A stretch of DNA of 50,921 nt, filler included, from Jimgerdemannia flammicorona (Eukaryota): NCBI GenBank assembly GCA_003990765.1. It is 2 parts of 2 records of this genome, joined end to end, with 100 filler letters (N's around TTAATTAATTAA, not from the genome) between each part and the next. Parts side by side here need not be neighbours in the genome. Positions count along the whole stretch, not along the records: positions 1 to 25,412 come from RBNJ01000836.1; 1 more part is not named here. One strand, given 5' to 3'. Shown one piece after another: positions 1-13,554 of this stretch (position 1 is the first letter of the stretch; each line of letters starts with the position of its first letter). The translations under genes were made by a program, and so were the position numbers. Under the pieces are notes generated by a model that worked only from the letters and a program-made list of their open reading frames with translations, was not told the DNA's origin and searched no databases.

Positions 1-900
1 AAAAGAGATTGGAGGAGATTGAGGTAGGCTTTGAGGAGACTGGAAGACATTGAAGGCTGGACTAGTAGTTGAGGAGATGGTGGTATCAATGAGAAATTTT
101 CTTAGATGAGATCTGAGGGTGGTTTAGCTCCTGGTAAAAGAGGAGCTCACAGTGACTACTATTGAAACAAGTAAGAGAGTTGAGGAGATCATAGTAGAGT
201 ATAATAATATTATAGATATCAGATTTCAGATTTAGAAGAGGACCTCTTTCCAAACTAGAAATGTGAATATCTGGATCAGACTTACTAGAAGAGAGATTAC
301 TAAGAAGCCTCAGAATCAATCTTTAGTAATAATGTAAAAAGTCTTTATCTATAAGATAGTGAGAGTAAAGAAGAGTAAGAAAGAGGGAAAGGATCCGTTA
401 GAGATCCTAGAGGAACTCAGTAGAGTAGTAGAGTATTAAGTAGTAGTATAGAGAGTATATGTAGATTTAATATACTTAGAGATAGTAGATGAGAAGTGTA
501 TTCATATAGATAAGATATAGTGGGAAAGGGCTTAGAGATGGAAGAGACAATAAGATCTGCTAATAGGTTTATAGAAGAAGACTAGTACTGAGAGGAGCTT
601 AGATAGAGTACAGATGAGTATTTGAGCTAATGTAGATATAGAGAGGAGAGTGGAGGATACTGTGGAGAGCATAGTGGTAAGGAATCAAGACTTTATAATA
701 ATAATATATTTGAGATCTTTGAGGATGAGAAGGATTACAAGATACAGATCACTGCTTTATTGTAAAATATTAGAAAGAATATAGAGATGAGGAGCACCCA
801 CAGTGTTTAGTTTTAGATACTAAAAATAGTAAAAAGAGAGTTGATGGTTGGGGTTGAGGAGGATGAGTTGGTCAATATTCTAGAGAAGAAGTGAGATGAG

Positions 901-2954
901 TGTAAGCACACAACCTCCAAGCTACCAAAATTACATGTCACCCTCCGAACAAGCCACTAAAATCACATGTGACCTCTGAACAAATCTGGAAATCACCTGC
1001 TTGATCATGAAGCTGAGTCAAACCGAAGTCACAGCACACAAAGCTGAGTCAATATGAAGTCACAGAACACAAGATCTACACAAATGGAATCTTACCAATC
1101 AGGATCAAATGCATATATACCAAGCACCAAAATGCATCAAATCAGAGAACCAAAACAAAACAACAACCACAACTTCCAAACACACAAACATGACCACCAA
1201 GATCTATACCCGCATCTGCACTGACATTTGGAATGCCATTGTCAACCGAGCCACACCCCCTCTGCCCCTCATAAATATCCATAGCCTAGCACCCCTCTAC
1301 TTCGTGGAAGCCCATTGGAATGCTCTGAACATGCTTAGCAAGGCCCACCGAATCGGACAAATATCAAGCTACTACCAGATTTGCTGCCTCCTGGAAGACA
1401 TGGTCAAACACCACCATGATACAGACATTACCAAGATGTCTCAATACCAGAAGCTCATTGCCCACAAACATCAAGAACTCTTCTATGAGTATAGTACCAT
1501 TATTCCCCACTTTCGAGTTACCACAAGTGAAATGATTGCTACCCTGTCCTATGGCCAAATCGATGACATGATACAAGAACTCAACCACAAGTACCTCAAG
1601 TATGTCGAAACCACAGACAGAACCTTCCCACACCCCAACGATCATATCCTGCAAATGCTCCAAGTTGGATATGCCATGAAGGACATCTACGATATAATCT
1701 ACTTCAATGAAGATAAAGCAGAAGACAATGATCCCTCTGACACCAACATGACCTCTAGCCAAGGATCTCTGCCAACCCTGATCACACTACCAACCTTGCC
1801 GATGAACTTACAACAATTCATAACAGCCTACGAGACTTATTGGAACAATGACCACTGGCACAAATACCAATCAGCATTTACCTCCAATTACTTCAACTAC
1901 AATGAAGAGACCAGAGAACACAACCTGTACCTCCAGACAACCCTAGAGACCGAACCAACCACTCCACCACCTGAGTACGAGTAACATAAACTACAGCTAC
2001 CAGCTTACTACAATTCTGCAACTCATAGTGCTGTAACGTACAGAAGGTATGCAGACAGTGAATCTGATGAAAGTGAAGATGATGCACCCCTCCTTTGCCC
2101 ACCAACACCTTATCCAGCATATGAGACAGACAATGCTATCTTGTGGGACAGAGATGAAGTTCCAATATATTATTACCTCAGCGAACAAGGAGAAGTAATC
2201 CGTGAACCACTCTTCCTAGATGACTACTTTATCAGAGATGATACAATCGATGGTGATGTTATCGAGGACTACCCAGACAGCACCTAAACCCATAAATAGT
2301 CTAGCAGTCATAGTATAGTTAGATTAGCTTTGTACAATGTGACTGTGAACTGACTCAGCAGTCTTGACATGTCAGATCACACTTATACTACATGACTGCA
2401 TTCTGACTCAGCAAAGCACTTAGTGCTACATCTATATTCAGCATAGCCCAGATAGCCCCTCACTAGTATAAATACCCACTCCCCCAGACCTCAGAATCTC
2501 AGACTCGAACACACAAGAACATTTCTGAATACTTCCCCACAATATCCCTTCACATAACTACTCCTAGTATAGCAATATCATAAATAGCAAATAAACCTAT
2601 TCAATAACCCACAAACCACTCTTAAGTAAATCTGCTCCCTGTTAGGTCCTACTCCTAACTCCCTCACGAAATTTCCTAATTGGGTATTGTCTGCAGCAAT
2701 ATACCAATTCAACTAAGCTGGTCTTAGTTTCTAGAACTTCCTGAAATAAGGAAAATCCTGAACATCCAGAACTAGTCCGAAAAAGGACTTTGGTTGAGAT
2801 ATCAACCTGATCTTGAAATCAATAAGCATAGAGGACGTACTCCATATGAAATTGATCTTGACCATAAAGAAAACAGTCTTCCAGAATATCCAGAACTTCC
2901 AGAAAACCCTTCCAGAACTATGTAACAGGTATCCTAAAAAGCAACCCTCTTACA
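901..2954 (+). mobile_element. 2054-bp solo LTR carrying an internal protein-coding gene
   Basis: Termini TGTAAG...CTTACA form a 6-bp inverted repeat. Perfect 5-bp TSD ATGAG at 896-900 and 2955-2959. TATAAA at 2467-2472 and AATAAA at 2590-2595. Short tandem repeats at 925-1075. No gag/pol. Confidence 0.88.
1190..2287 (+). pseudogene. LTR-encoded accessory protein of unknown function (365 codons, one internal TAA at 1982-1984)
   Basis: ATG at 1190 downstream of TATATA (1114-1119). Open for 264 codons, one TAA (probably from CAA), then 100 more open codons with an acidic tail to TAA at 2285-2287. The core motif matches ORFs at 45830-46746 and 23410-23880. Confidence 0.75.
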
Positions 2955-3476
2955 ATGAGGCAGTGAATACTAGTACTGATATTTCAATACTGTAGAAGAG
3001 AGGTCTATAACCTCTGTAGAAAAGAACATTAGTAATATATGCTTTATATATATAATGATGAGCTAAAGAGTTAGAGAGATAGACTTGAGGGCTACAGTAA
3101 TGAGTACTGAGAGAGAGTAATATAGAGAGATAGAATGATTGAAGCTCTGAAGGCTGAGATATTGACAGTATATCAAAAGGAGGAGTATTATAAGGTGGAT
3201 GCAATAAGAGAAGCAGAATTGGTAGTAGCTGCTAGAAACTGAGCTGTCTTTTAGTAGTAATAGTGATATAGACTATAGCTTTGACAGACAGTATTTGAGA
3301 TTATAAGAAGAAGATAGAGATAAAGAACAATGAGATACTGGCTAAAATACTAATCAGATTAGAGGCTAAGAGAGTTGTGAAAGAGAAAACTGCTGCAGAA
3401 CATAGACTAGACTTAGCTTGAGAGAAGATGAGTGTAAAACTATAAGGAAATTAGAGCTATTTAAATATTACTCAAT

Positions 3477-6400
3477 ATGAATAGTATAACTAATATTTTC
3501 TCATTAAATGTAAATAGTATTAGAGACTATGTAAGGTATCAAACTATTTTTTCTCAGCTGAAGAGCTTTGTGGCAGATCTCTTTCTTTTGTAGAATATAC
3601 ACTATGAGAATAATTTAGATAGATAGAAGTAAATGAGGGAATAGAGCAGTGCAATAGTCTAAAAGAGCAAAATAGAAACTCTGGTATAGAGTAGCTGAGA
3701 AAAACTTTGTTGGATCAGAGGTTGGAGAGAATACTTAATTTGGAGTAAGTAGTATAGGCTATGGTAGAAGTCAGTAGTAGTTGGCTCTTACTATTGTCCA
3801 GCAGTTAGAGGTGGCTCTATTGAGTAGATGGATGAGTTTTTAATTGTAGCACACTTGCTGAGACAGGGGTTTATTTGTACAGGAGTAACTTCAGTATAGT
3901 CTGTAATGTACTATTAGATAGAACTGATCAGAGTATAGATAGTAGAGACCATAGTGAAGGTCTTGATATTTGAGAGAAGATAGATAGAATTGACTTTTTA
4001 ATTGATATTAGCAGAGCAATATGAGTGACTACAGGGTCTATATCTATTGGATAAATAGACTTAAGATGAAAATTGATTCGACACTGATAGCTGACTACTG
4101 AGGGTTAGATATTTGAACAAATTTAAAGATAGAGTAGTACCCATAATCAGATTATCAGAGACTACTAGAGTGTAGTTGGTTTGGAGGATGTAGGGATAGG
4201 CCTGGACATTGTTATCTAAATTCCTCCTTACTAGCTGAGAAGAGGTTGTAGGATACTTGAGAAAAGGACATTAGGTAGAAGATTGCTACTAGAACTATGA
4301 CAGGTCTCTAGTGAACATCCACTGAGTGAGGCTGAAAGAGACTGCTAGGGTATATTGGAGAGAGGCTGGCAAGTTTGCTAGAGCATAGTAGTGAAGGAGA
4401 GTAAGGTGAACTTCTGATCAGTTTGTATAGTTGTAGATAAATTAGACTAATCTGTTGAGCCAGAGGGTGATGGAAGACTGGAGGTTGGAACAGGTTCAGT
4501 TGGAGGTAGTAGAGTTGAAAAGAGTATTAAGAGAAGAGAAAAAGACTCATATATAAGAGATAGTAGCTTAGTTGAGATGGAAGAGGCTAGAGGAGAGTGA
4601 GTGGTCTTCTAAATATCTATCAAGGCTTCTTCAGACAAGGAGGGTGAGAAAATAGTAAGATGGTATACTTGATGTAGAGGACATACTGATATATAGAGTA
4701 TAGTAGATCTTAGACTCTCTGAAGGAGAGATGGGAAGGTCTGTAAAGTGAGGAGGAAGAGGGTATAGATGAGGAGACTATAGAGTACTTTCTGGATAATT
4801 GACATTCTCTTTTGGTAGATAGTATTGGGAATCTGATTCTACTGATACTGGAGGAGAAAATTCTGTAAGTCTTAGCAGCCATAAAAGTAGATATGGCTCT
4901 AGGTAAGAATGGTCTATCTTAGGACTTTTGGAAAAAAATAATAAGAGTCTCAGAGGTATTGAGGTAAATATCAGTGCTTTATAACTTTGTCCTCCTGATA
5001 AGGGAGTAGGTTATAGAGCAAGATCTTGATCTGATGATACTACTGTATAAAGATAAAGACAGGAGAGAATATTGAAAGAATTGGTGACCAATTATACTTC
5101 TGGATATGAATAGAAAGCTGATCATATAAATGATTGTAATATGGCTACAAATAGTGGCCCAATGGATATTAGATGAGAAGCAAAGGGGCTTTGTTAGAGG
5201 CTATCTAATTAGAGATAGAACTTCTTGAGTGTATGACATAATTGAGAGGATAAGAGCTAGTGAACTGAATAGCAGATTGATCTTCCTGAACCAGGAGATG
5301 GTCTATGATTATATTTGGCAGGTCTGGTTAAGAAAAATATTAGATAGGATTAGTATTACTCATAATTCTGAGTCTCAATAATTCATCTATTGGAGAGTAG
5401 CAGAGTGGTACTTTTATATAATAGTTATTATATATAATAGTTATTATAATACTGAGTCAACATAGTGTCCCCATTACGTTGACCGGTTCGGAGATACTGC
5501 GGCCTGTCAATATAGCATCGACAGTTCTGGTTCATTCGAAAGATGCAGCAACCAGTAAGACTGATAATAAAAGGGATATGCAGGTAATTATGAACTCTGT
5601 CAATTTCCGATATTCATTATTTTGCTTGCCAAAATGGGTCTCATTCACTATATTTCCATTTGGGAGAGAGGTTTTGCAAGAAGACCCCATAGTCTCCTAT
5701 ATTATATACTCTATTATTTGAACTATTAATAGATAGAATTTGATGTAAGGTGACAGAGCTCTCAGTATTTGGAGTAGTCTGGAAGATTGGAGTCATTGTA
5801 GATAATATAGAGATAGATCTTAGGCTTAGTAGCCAATGTGAGTATACTGAAGGAGATGGTGGAATAGTATGAAGAGTACTCTGGAGCAAAGCTCAACTAA
5901 TATAAGTATAAAGACAATAGTGCTAAGAAATTATCTAGTGAGTGATGATATTATTGGAACAATTGTCTCTACAATAGAGACCATATAGTATCTGTATATT
6001 ATTTTGTTAGAATATAGTTCTGTCTTATCTAAGACTTGGTGAGAGAGAAAGATTGTTGTTTAAGAGGAGGCTATTTAGAGCTGAGGGAGGTATCATATCT
6101 CTCTTGTGGGTTAGGTGGCAATAGTTAATATTTATTAATTGCTAAAACTATAATATCTGATATATTACTTGAATTTCTTAGCCTAGATAGTGAAGAGATT
6201 ATTGAAGATATCTAAGAAATAGATCTGTATTAGGAAGTAGAGTCAGATAGGTTAAGATATCTCAGTGACATCAGTAGATAGAGAAGGCCTTGATTTGGTA
6301 GACTTTCTGAAGAGACTGTATTATCTACAGGTATAGTGGTTGAATAGGATTATTGGATTGTAGGGAGGTAAATGAGAACCAATGGTACAGAAGGTCTGAG

Positions 6401-7250
6401 AGATATGATTCTCTCCCAGAGGCTCTCCAGGTGATCTGCTGTCATTATTTGGACTTAGTGATAGTTGGTACTTATAGTATAAGGACTTCTGATAGGGAGT
6501 GATAGAGGATATCTATCATATTGGTCTATATTGATATATTCCTGAAAAGGATGTCTATTGGAGTCTGGTGATAAATGATATCTCAATGATTGACTTTGAC
6601 ATTAGTGCTATAGTAGAGTGCTAAAGAGAATTAGTATAGGATTTGTAGCCAGTTGGCTGGTAGATGATCAGAATTGACAAAGAGTAGAACTGGACTAATA
6701 TCTTGGCCTAGAGTGCTAAGGTGCAATGATAGCTTCCTTCAAAGTTTTGAGTAATATGGTAATATATACTAAGGGGAAATATTATATTGAACTTTTACTC
6801 AGAATATTTGGTTGATAGAGAGTCATTTAATTATAAAGAGTATTATGATATAAGATAGAAAAAAGATTTTATACAGATGTCTAAATATTAACTGAGTGAG
6901 TATATAGTACTTGAGAACTTCTGGATAGTAGTTGAATATCATCTAGGAGTATAGAGGCAGGAGGTTGGGGAGGGAGATCATTGGGATAACTTGAGAAAAA
7001 GACTGGTAGATTGTATAGATAATGAGTAGCTACTAGAGTGAGTTTTGGTAGTATGAGTAGAGTTGGCTAGTCATTAGCTATATATATTCAAGAAGAGAAG
7101 ATGAATAAGTTTGGAGAGAAGTTGGTGAGGTGAGAGGGGCTGATAGGAGACATTATGTCCAGCTAGTAGATATGTATAGTGGAGTCTCCAGAGCAGTTGT
7201 TATAGATGTCTAGTAGAGGGGATTTGTAAGCAGAGTAGTGGTAGAGTTGT
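3477..7250 (+). pseudogene. LINE ORF2 (AP endonuclease, reverse transcriptase), many stops; end approximate
   Basis: SLNVN endonuclease motif, QGDP-like motif near 5680, and DD motif near 5944-5949 (AGTGATGAT). Many TAG/TAA/TGA stops consistent with C>T/G>A decay. Confidence 0.75.
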
Positions 7251-7413
7251 AGTGATTAATGGTCTATTGATCTTTAATTACAAAGAAGTAAGAGGTAGAC
7301 CCCTCAGAGAGATTGGGTAGTGGGAGGGATTACTCTATATTTTATAGATATAGATTAATTTTAGTAATAAATAATAAAGTCTGAGTAACTATAAAAAAAA
7401 AAAAAAAAAAAAA

Positions 7414-7900
7414 AGACAAGGTTCTAGTATTAATAAAAAGTCTCTCTGAGGTATATAACATTATAGTAGTAGTTATAAATGAGAGCAGGAAACTGCATAC
7501 CATGCTTATATGATAACAAGCCTTATTAATGAAGAGTTACATCAAGGAAATTATAATGATGATAATAAAAAAGTATTCTATAAGTCTTATGAATAAAGCA
7601 AGAAATACCAATAAGATTAAAACTATAAATTTAAGTTAGAAACTGCTATTACTATGATACATATGGGTATATAGAATGACTACTATTATAGATATAAAGA
7701 GAATAATGAAAATAAGTATAGAAGCTAACATTGATAATATAGAAGTAAAAGAAAATATTATAGTAATAAAACTAACAATAACTGAGATAAAGATATATAT
7801 ATTCTACATATAAATAATATATAGTGAGTTTTTGGAGAAAACATCTATATTTATGACTAAGTTATATATTTTCAAGTATATATCAATATAGTTAATAATA
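7414..7900 (+). mobile_element. Highly degenerate repeat; related copy on the - strand at 32125-33200; class uncertain
   Basis: AAATAAGTATAGAAGCTAACATTGATAATATAGAAG (~7710-7745) and the preceding ~270 bp align by eye to the reverse complement of 32130-32500. Confidence 0.5.
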
Positions 7901-10900
7901 ATAATATATTACTTATAGATTTTAGTACTATATAATATATAATAGTCTACCAAGAATAATTCTCTATATGAGTCCTTCAAGTATCTGGTACCTATTAAGT
8001 TAGATGATAATAATATTATATATACTATATTGAGCTATAGAAAAATATACTATTCAAATTAGCGAGGTATTATAGTAAGTGCATTAGATAGTCATAAATA
8101 TAATAAGTAGTCAAAAACATCCTGGGTTATTTAGGACTATATTCTCATACCAATCTGTATAAATAATCTGATTTGATAAATTAGCAATTAATCTTATACA
8201 GAATCTATATACTATATAGAATTAGTATACTATATAGAACCTATATACTATATAGAATCTATATACTATACTAAACCAGAAAAACTTACTATAAATAGTA
8301 AACCTATAGTTAGCCACATAGTAATCAGATAGTAATTATAATGTATAAAATACTCTAGAGACAAGAGTGAATAAACCTTAGTGTGAAATTCCAAATATAT
8401 TTTCTGCTCTAGTCTACTTTCTAATATAAAGCCTGAGTTTACCACTAAGTTTAAGTAAAGAACTTCACTATCTTTTGAAGATAAATCTGCTGATTAAGGA
8501 AAAAGTCACCATTTTTGAGACATCTGCTATATTTTGGTCTGCTTGCCAGATAAGCCTAAAGAATTCAAGTAATCTGCTATAGAAATCTTACTATAATAGT
8601 CAGTCTATTAGAAGCAACTTTATAGTGAACTTGTTTATACAAATGAAGCCAGTCTTTGATATAACTTTATTCAAGAATCTATTATATTTTAAAGTCTACT
8701 TCTTATTACAAAGTCAGTCTATCTGATACAACTTGACAATAGAGCCAGTCTATTGATATAATCCAATATAAATAAAGTCAGTCTCTGATATAACATTGCT
8801 AAGAAGAGAATCTGAGATATTATTTATGAAGTCCACTGATTTATAAAGAATTTATATTATCTACCAAATCAATTTAGTTATCTAAACTAAGTTATCTATT
8901 ATCTGAGTTATCAAGTTATCTACTATCTGAGTTATTAAGTTATCTATTAATCTACTTATTAAAGAACTCAATCAAATTTACTATATTACACCAAGATCAT
9001 TATATAGAAATTTTATACTTTTAGAAATATGTATGATAATTATATAAAGATTATTATACTATATAGAAATCACATACTTTTGAAAATATGATTGTAATAT
9101 AGAGATCATTGTTCTATACAGAAATTATCTACCACTTAAAAAGAAAACTACTAAATTCTCAGACTTCCTGTATAAGGAAATTATTCACACTATATATATA
9201 TATAAATTACCACCTATACCTAAGAATCTGTCTCAATAAGGAAATCTGTCAGAATCAATTACAGTATTCAGATTCAATTATTATACTACTAAATATCAAT
9301 AAGAATAATAAGAATATTAAAACATTTTATTGCTTTTTAATAAAGTATCAAGAGGCTTAAGCTAAACTACATTAATCCTCAATCTTATAATTTGCTGGTA
9401 TATTATATTTGGAAACTCAATTGGGAAGATTTTAAAATCAATATAACTTTTCAGCTCACATAGAACATATAGTCAACGTGGATATAATATAATATCAATC
9501 TCTGCTACTATAGGAGAACTAGTCATTAGTAGTATTTGAACAAAAAGAGAAGTAATTACCTCAAGACTTATCAACTATTCAGCATTAGAAAAATTCCAAC
9601 CAGAAGCCAGTATAGAACAGAATTCTCAGTCAGTACCAATAGATTTACCACCAGACCAATCAGATCAATCAGATAATATAGATAGCTCTGTCAGAAACTT
9701 TGATGAGCTTACACAATAACTAAAAGACCTAATTATAAAAACCTGATTTCCTATAGAAGTCCCACCAATCTTACCTATTGAATCTCTACCAGTAGCTGCC
9801 ACAGAACCAGAGGAACTAGGAGTAACTACTTCAAGGATACTCAGATCTATTACATCTTACCCAAGATCTATAATACTATCTTCAGAATACCCAAGTATTC
9901 CAAAATTCAATAATAACTCAGAAACTAAACCAGAATCAGAATTAGAATCCAAATTAGAATCAGAAACAGAATTAGAAGATGGTGATGATAAAATTACCCC
10001 TCTAATGCTAACTTTTATAGAATATCCAGAAGAAGATCCATGGGAATTCCTTGATAGAATCAAAGGAATAGCAGATTTGAAGAACCTCTATACTGAAAGA
10101 AAAATCACAATTTACAAGATCCAATCTAGAGATCCAGCCAGAAGAATTTTCAATCAAGTAAGAAATGATACACATTAGACCTTGGAGTAGCCATTTATAT
10201 AGTAGTAACCTGGGTAGCAGAATATGAAGCTATGACCTACTAGCTTATTGAGAAGTATATAGGAAATGAGATCTGCAATAAGGATCAAGAATCTATTGTA
10301 AAGATGAAGATAAATCTTAAAGAATCACTTAGGACATTCTTTATAAGAATTCAAAAGAGAATATATACAACTAAGTTCAATACTACTAACTGAAACATTT
10401 TATGCCCAATGATCTTCATGAATGAGATTTCCCCAAACATTACTCAGTATGTCTATACTCTAGATATTAGAAGATCTGAGGAGTAAGTAGATATAGCCCA
10501 AGGATTTTACAATGTTAGATAAAGAACTATCTAGAGTGACTATGACAAAAAGAATAACAAGGAGGACCTCTTGATCAAAGCTCTATAAGGACTCCTCCAA
10601 TGATAAAAAAGACCTAAAGAGGAAGCCAGCTAAAGAATAGAAGAAAGAGAGAAATGAAATCCCAAATCCCAATTCCAGATTAGACTGATTGATTAAATAG
10701 ATTGAAAAACTCTCTATATATGAAAATTGAAGCTATCTACAAGATAAAAGAAGGTAAATATCATGAAGGAACCCAGATTATCTATTCAGAGATAATAGGA
10801 GCTTCTAGCCATTGGAAGAAAAGATATCCTGTCTGAGATAGAGCTTAAGTCCAATACTTCTACTATAGACAATTCAGACACTATACTATAGAATATAACA

Positions 10901-12835
10901 ATAGGAGAAGTGACTGAATGGACTCAGAACAATCAAATCAAAAGAGTGAAACCCAGTATAAGACTGAGATCTACCCTATTGAAGACTTTGAAGAAGAAAG
11001 TAACAATAAAGATTACAGTGATATAGACTTATATCTAGCCTAAATCATCACTAAGAAGACAGTCTATCTTGTAGAAAAAAGAAAGAGATCTGAAGGAAGA
11101 CCATTCAGAAACACCAGTAGAAGAATCATCCAAAAAGATGATGAAGAACATGTAGAAGGGCAGGTGGAAATATCTTTCCAGTCTCTCTAACCTTTTGTTT
11201 TCAAAATAAGTAAACTATACCTAGAAGATGAAAAAATAGAGCAAGAAGAACAAGATCCTATTGTATGAAAGCCCAAGAAGAAGTATACCCTAAAGACTAT
11301 ATCTAGAAATATCTACAATAAAGTCTGGCAAAAGATTCAAGAAGCTAAGATGGAAGTTTCTCTCCTGTAGTTTCTACAACTGACATCTGCTGGAGACTAA
11401 AATAAATTGTTGAGAACTATTAGATCTAGTACTGGCCAGGCCCCAATTCTATAACTAGAGCTAGCCCCAACTACCTTTCAGACTACAGAAAGATATATCA
11501 GTATATATCTATATAGAGATATTAAAGGACAAAAGGCAAAAATTCTCATTAATATAGAAGTAGCAATCTGTATAATAGCTAAATTATTTTTGAACACCCT
11601 CCAATAGTCCATTGATAGACTAATCAATCTTAGCATTATAGTAGCAGATGGAGTCTGAACTCAACCTCTTGGTGAAGTACAAAACATCACTATTTCTCTC
11701 AGACATATTTAGTTCTCATTTCCAAAAACTATTATTACTGAAGCTGTTACTTATTATATAATCCTTGGTATCAACTAAATGTAAGAAATGAATGCAGTTA
11801 TTAATATCAGCCAAGAAGTACTCAAATTCAACTACTGAGAAAAGAAGTATAGTATTAAGATAACTAGCTATGAACAATTGAAAAATAAGAAGAAGGTCAC
11901 TATTCAGAAAGAGTATATTAGTAGTGAAGAATCTACTCCTAAAGAAGGAGAAGAATCTGAAGATTAAAATGATCACAGACTAACTCCATAAATCAACCTG
12001 GTGGAAGACAGACCAGAAGATAATATATAAGTTATAAATACAATTCTCATTACAATTGGAGCCATTATAGGATAAATCAATAGAAGTCCCACCTATCTCA
12101 AAAGATACAAGTACTCTGAGCACTTCTCCAAGATTATTGAGACAAGAAATTTGCCCATTCTGAATATAGGAAAAAGAAGAAGAAATACAACTATGTCCTG
12201 AAATCACTTATAATTGAAGCTGTGAAGATATAAGCAATTTGGAGTCAAGAAGTATCTAAAGAAGAAACCTCTGAACAGAGGTTTTCAAGCAAGAAGAGCT
12301 CTCTGAACTTATTCTCTGAGATGATCTCTACTAGACATCACCAGAAGATAATAATCTCTGAAATACTGAAGAAGGACTAAATATAGTTACTGTTGTTCAA
12401 AAATAAGAAATATATCAGAAAAGAGCTTTTCAGTTAAGAAGATATTAATACCAAATGATCTTCTACTCTCCTCAAGACTACTGCTCTCAGTATCATCTAT
12501 TGGACCAATAGGACAGATAGAGACCATACAGACCTGAAGTCTCAGTCATGATTGCCCAGACAACTATCTTCTAAAAAACCACAATACTAAAAAGCTGAGC
12601 CAGAGAATAAGGCCTCTTCATCTAAACAGAAATACAGTCCTTAGCCATACTTCTTCCAACCTATAACTAGGATGGATACTTATTCCCAAAACAGCAAGAG
12701 ATTAATAATCGAGAATCATATTTTCAAGCAATAAGATATTGCAATCATGGAAGATACTCAGACTTCGAAGACTGCTGATATCAGAAGATTTATCTCAGCT
12801 AAGATGTTATAGTCTATATATATATTAAAGAGAGA

Positions 12836-13240
12836 TGTAATGGTTCTAGTTTCTAAATGAGGAAGTGACTAGTTCTAGTAGTTCTAAGTACCTTGAAGAG
12901 ATACTTAAGGGTTCAAGTGTTCTCGAAGGATTTCTGGAAGAAAATATTCTGAGACTTTTATTCATGAGAACAAAGGGGATATTTATACAAGATCTGAAAG
13001 AAAGATCTGAAAGGATCTGAGAAATCAAAGGAAAATGCCAAGAGGAAAGTTCTCGGCAAAGATGACAAATGATGATAAATAAAGTTCTACAAGTTTCCAG
13101 GAAAATCAGTGACTAGCTAAATAAGTACTAGAGGATGCTTGGCACCAAGAAAGGATTTCTAAGCATTCAGAAAGTACTGAAAGGTCATAGAATATTGAAG
13201 AAAGACAAAGAAAAGAAATAAACTCCACTAAAATGTTACA
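12836..13240 (-). repeat. 3' LTR of the chromovirus (405 bp)
   Basis: TGTAAT...GTTACA. Near-identical to 18454-18857. Adjacent to the PPT at 13241-13253. Confidence 0.95.
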
Positions 13241-13554
13241 TCTCCCCCTCCTTAAGAATCAACATCCTCATTGAATTCTCAAAGTTATACATAATAAACA
13301 ATAAGACTAAAAGAAACTTCAAATTAAATATACCAACTCATTGGCAAGGATTGGCTGTCCTTATATAAGGTGAGGGCCAAAGTATCATCTTGATCAGATG
13401 AGAATTGGTTCAAACCTCATTGGTTGTAGGATTTATAGGGTTCTCATATATCTCTTATTTCTGATGCTGTATCCCTTAGAGAGCCCCGATGTGTAATGTG
13501 TCTGATCAGCACAGTAGGTCATCTACTATCCAAGGGGAGAACCTCACAAGTAGT

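Larger units (their letters stand above)
1..7413 (+). mobile_element. Degenerate L1/Tx1-like LINE (ORF1 remnant, APE-RT ORF2 remnant, poly-A tail); starts before the window and is interrupted by a solo LTR at 901-2954
   Basis: Bases 1-150 translate to KRLEEIEVGFEE...DLRVV.LLVK, matching ORF1 of the LINE at 26362-28392 (KGLEGVEVGFEE...WDPRVVQLLVK). APE start MNSITNIFSLNVN at 3477. RT motif FPFGREVLQEDP (decayed RG..QGDP) near 5652-5690. AATAAA and a poly-A run ending at 7413. Confidence 0.85.

Noticed and set aside
2921..2927. TGTAACA as the right end of the solo LTR
   Set aside because: No TSD follows it. The end at 2954 gives both the inverted terminal repeat and the ATGAG TSD.
8590..8800. 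Spaced ~38-bp repeats (AGTCAGTCT...ATAAC) superficially like a CRISPR array
   Set aside because: The units are degenerate along their whole length with no unique spacers, lie inside an LTR, and the context is eukaryotic with no cas genes.
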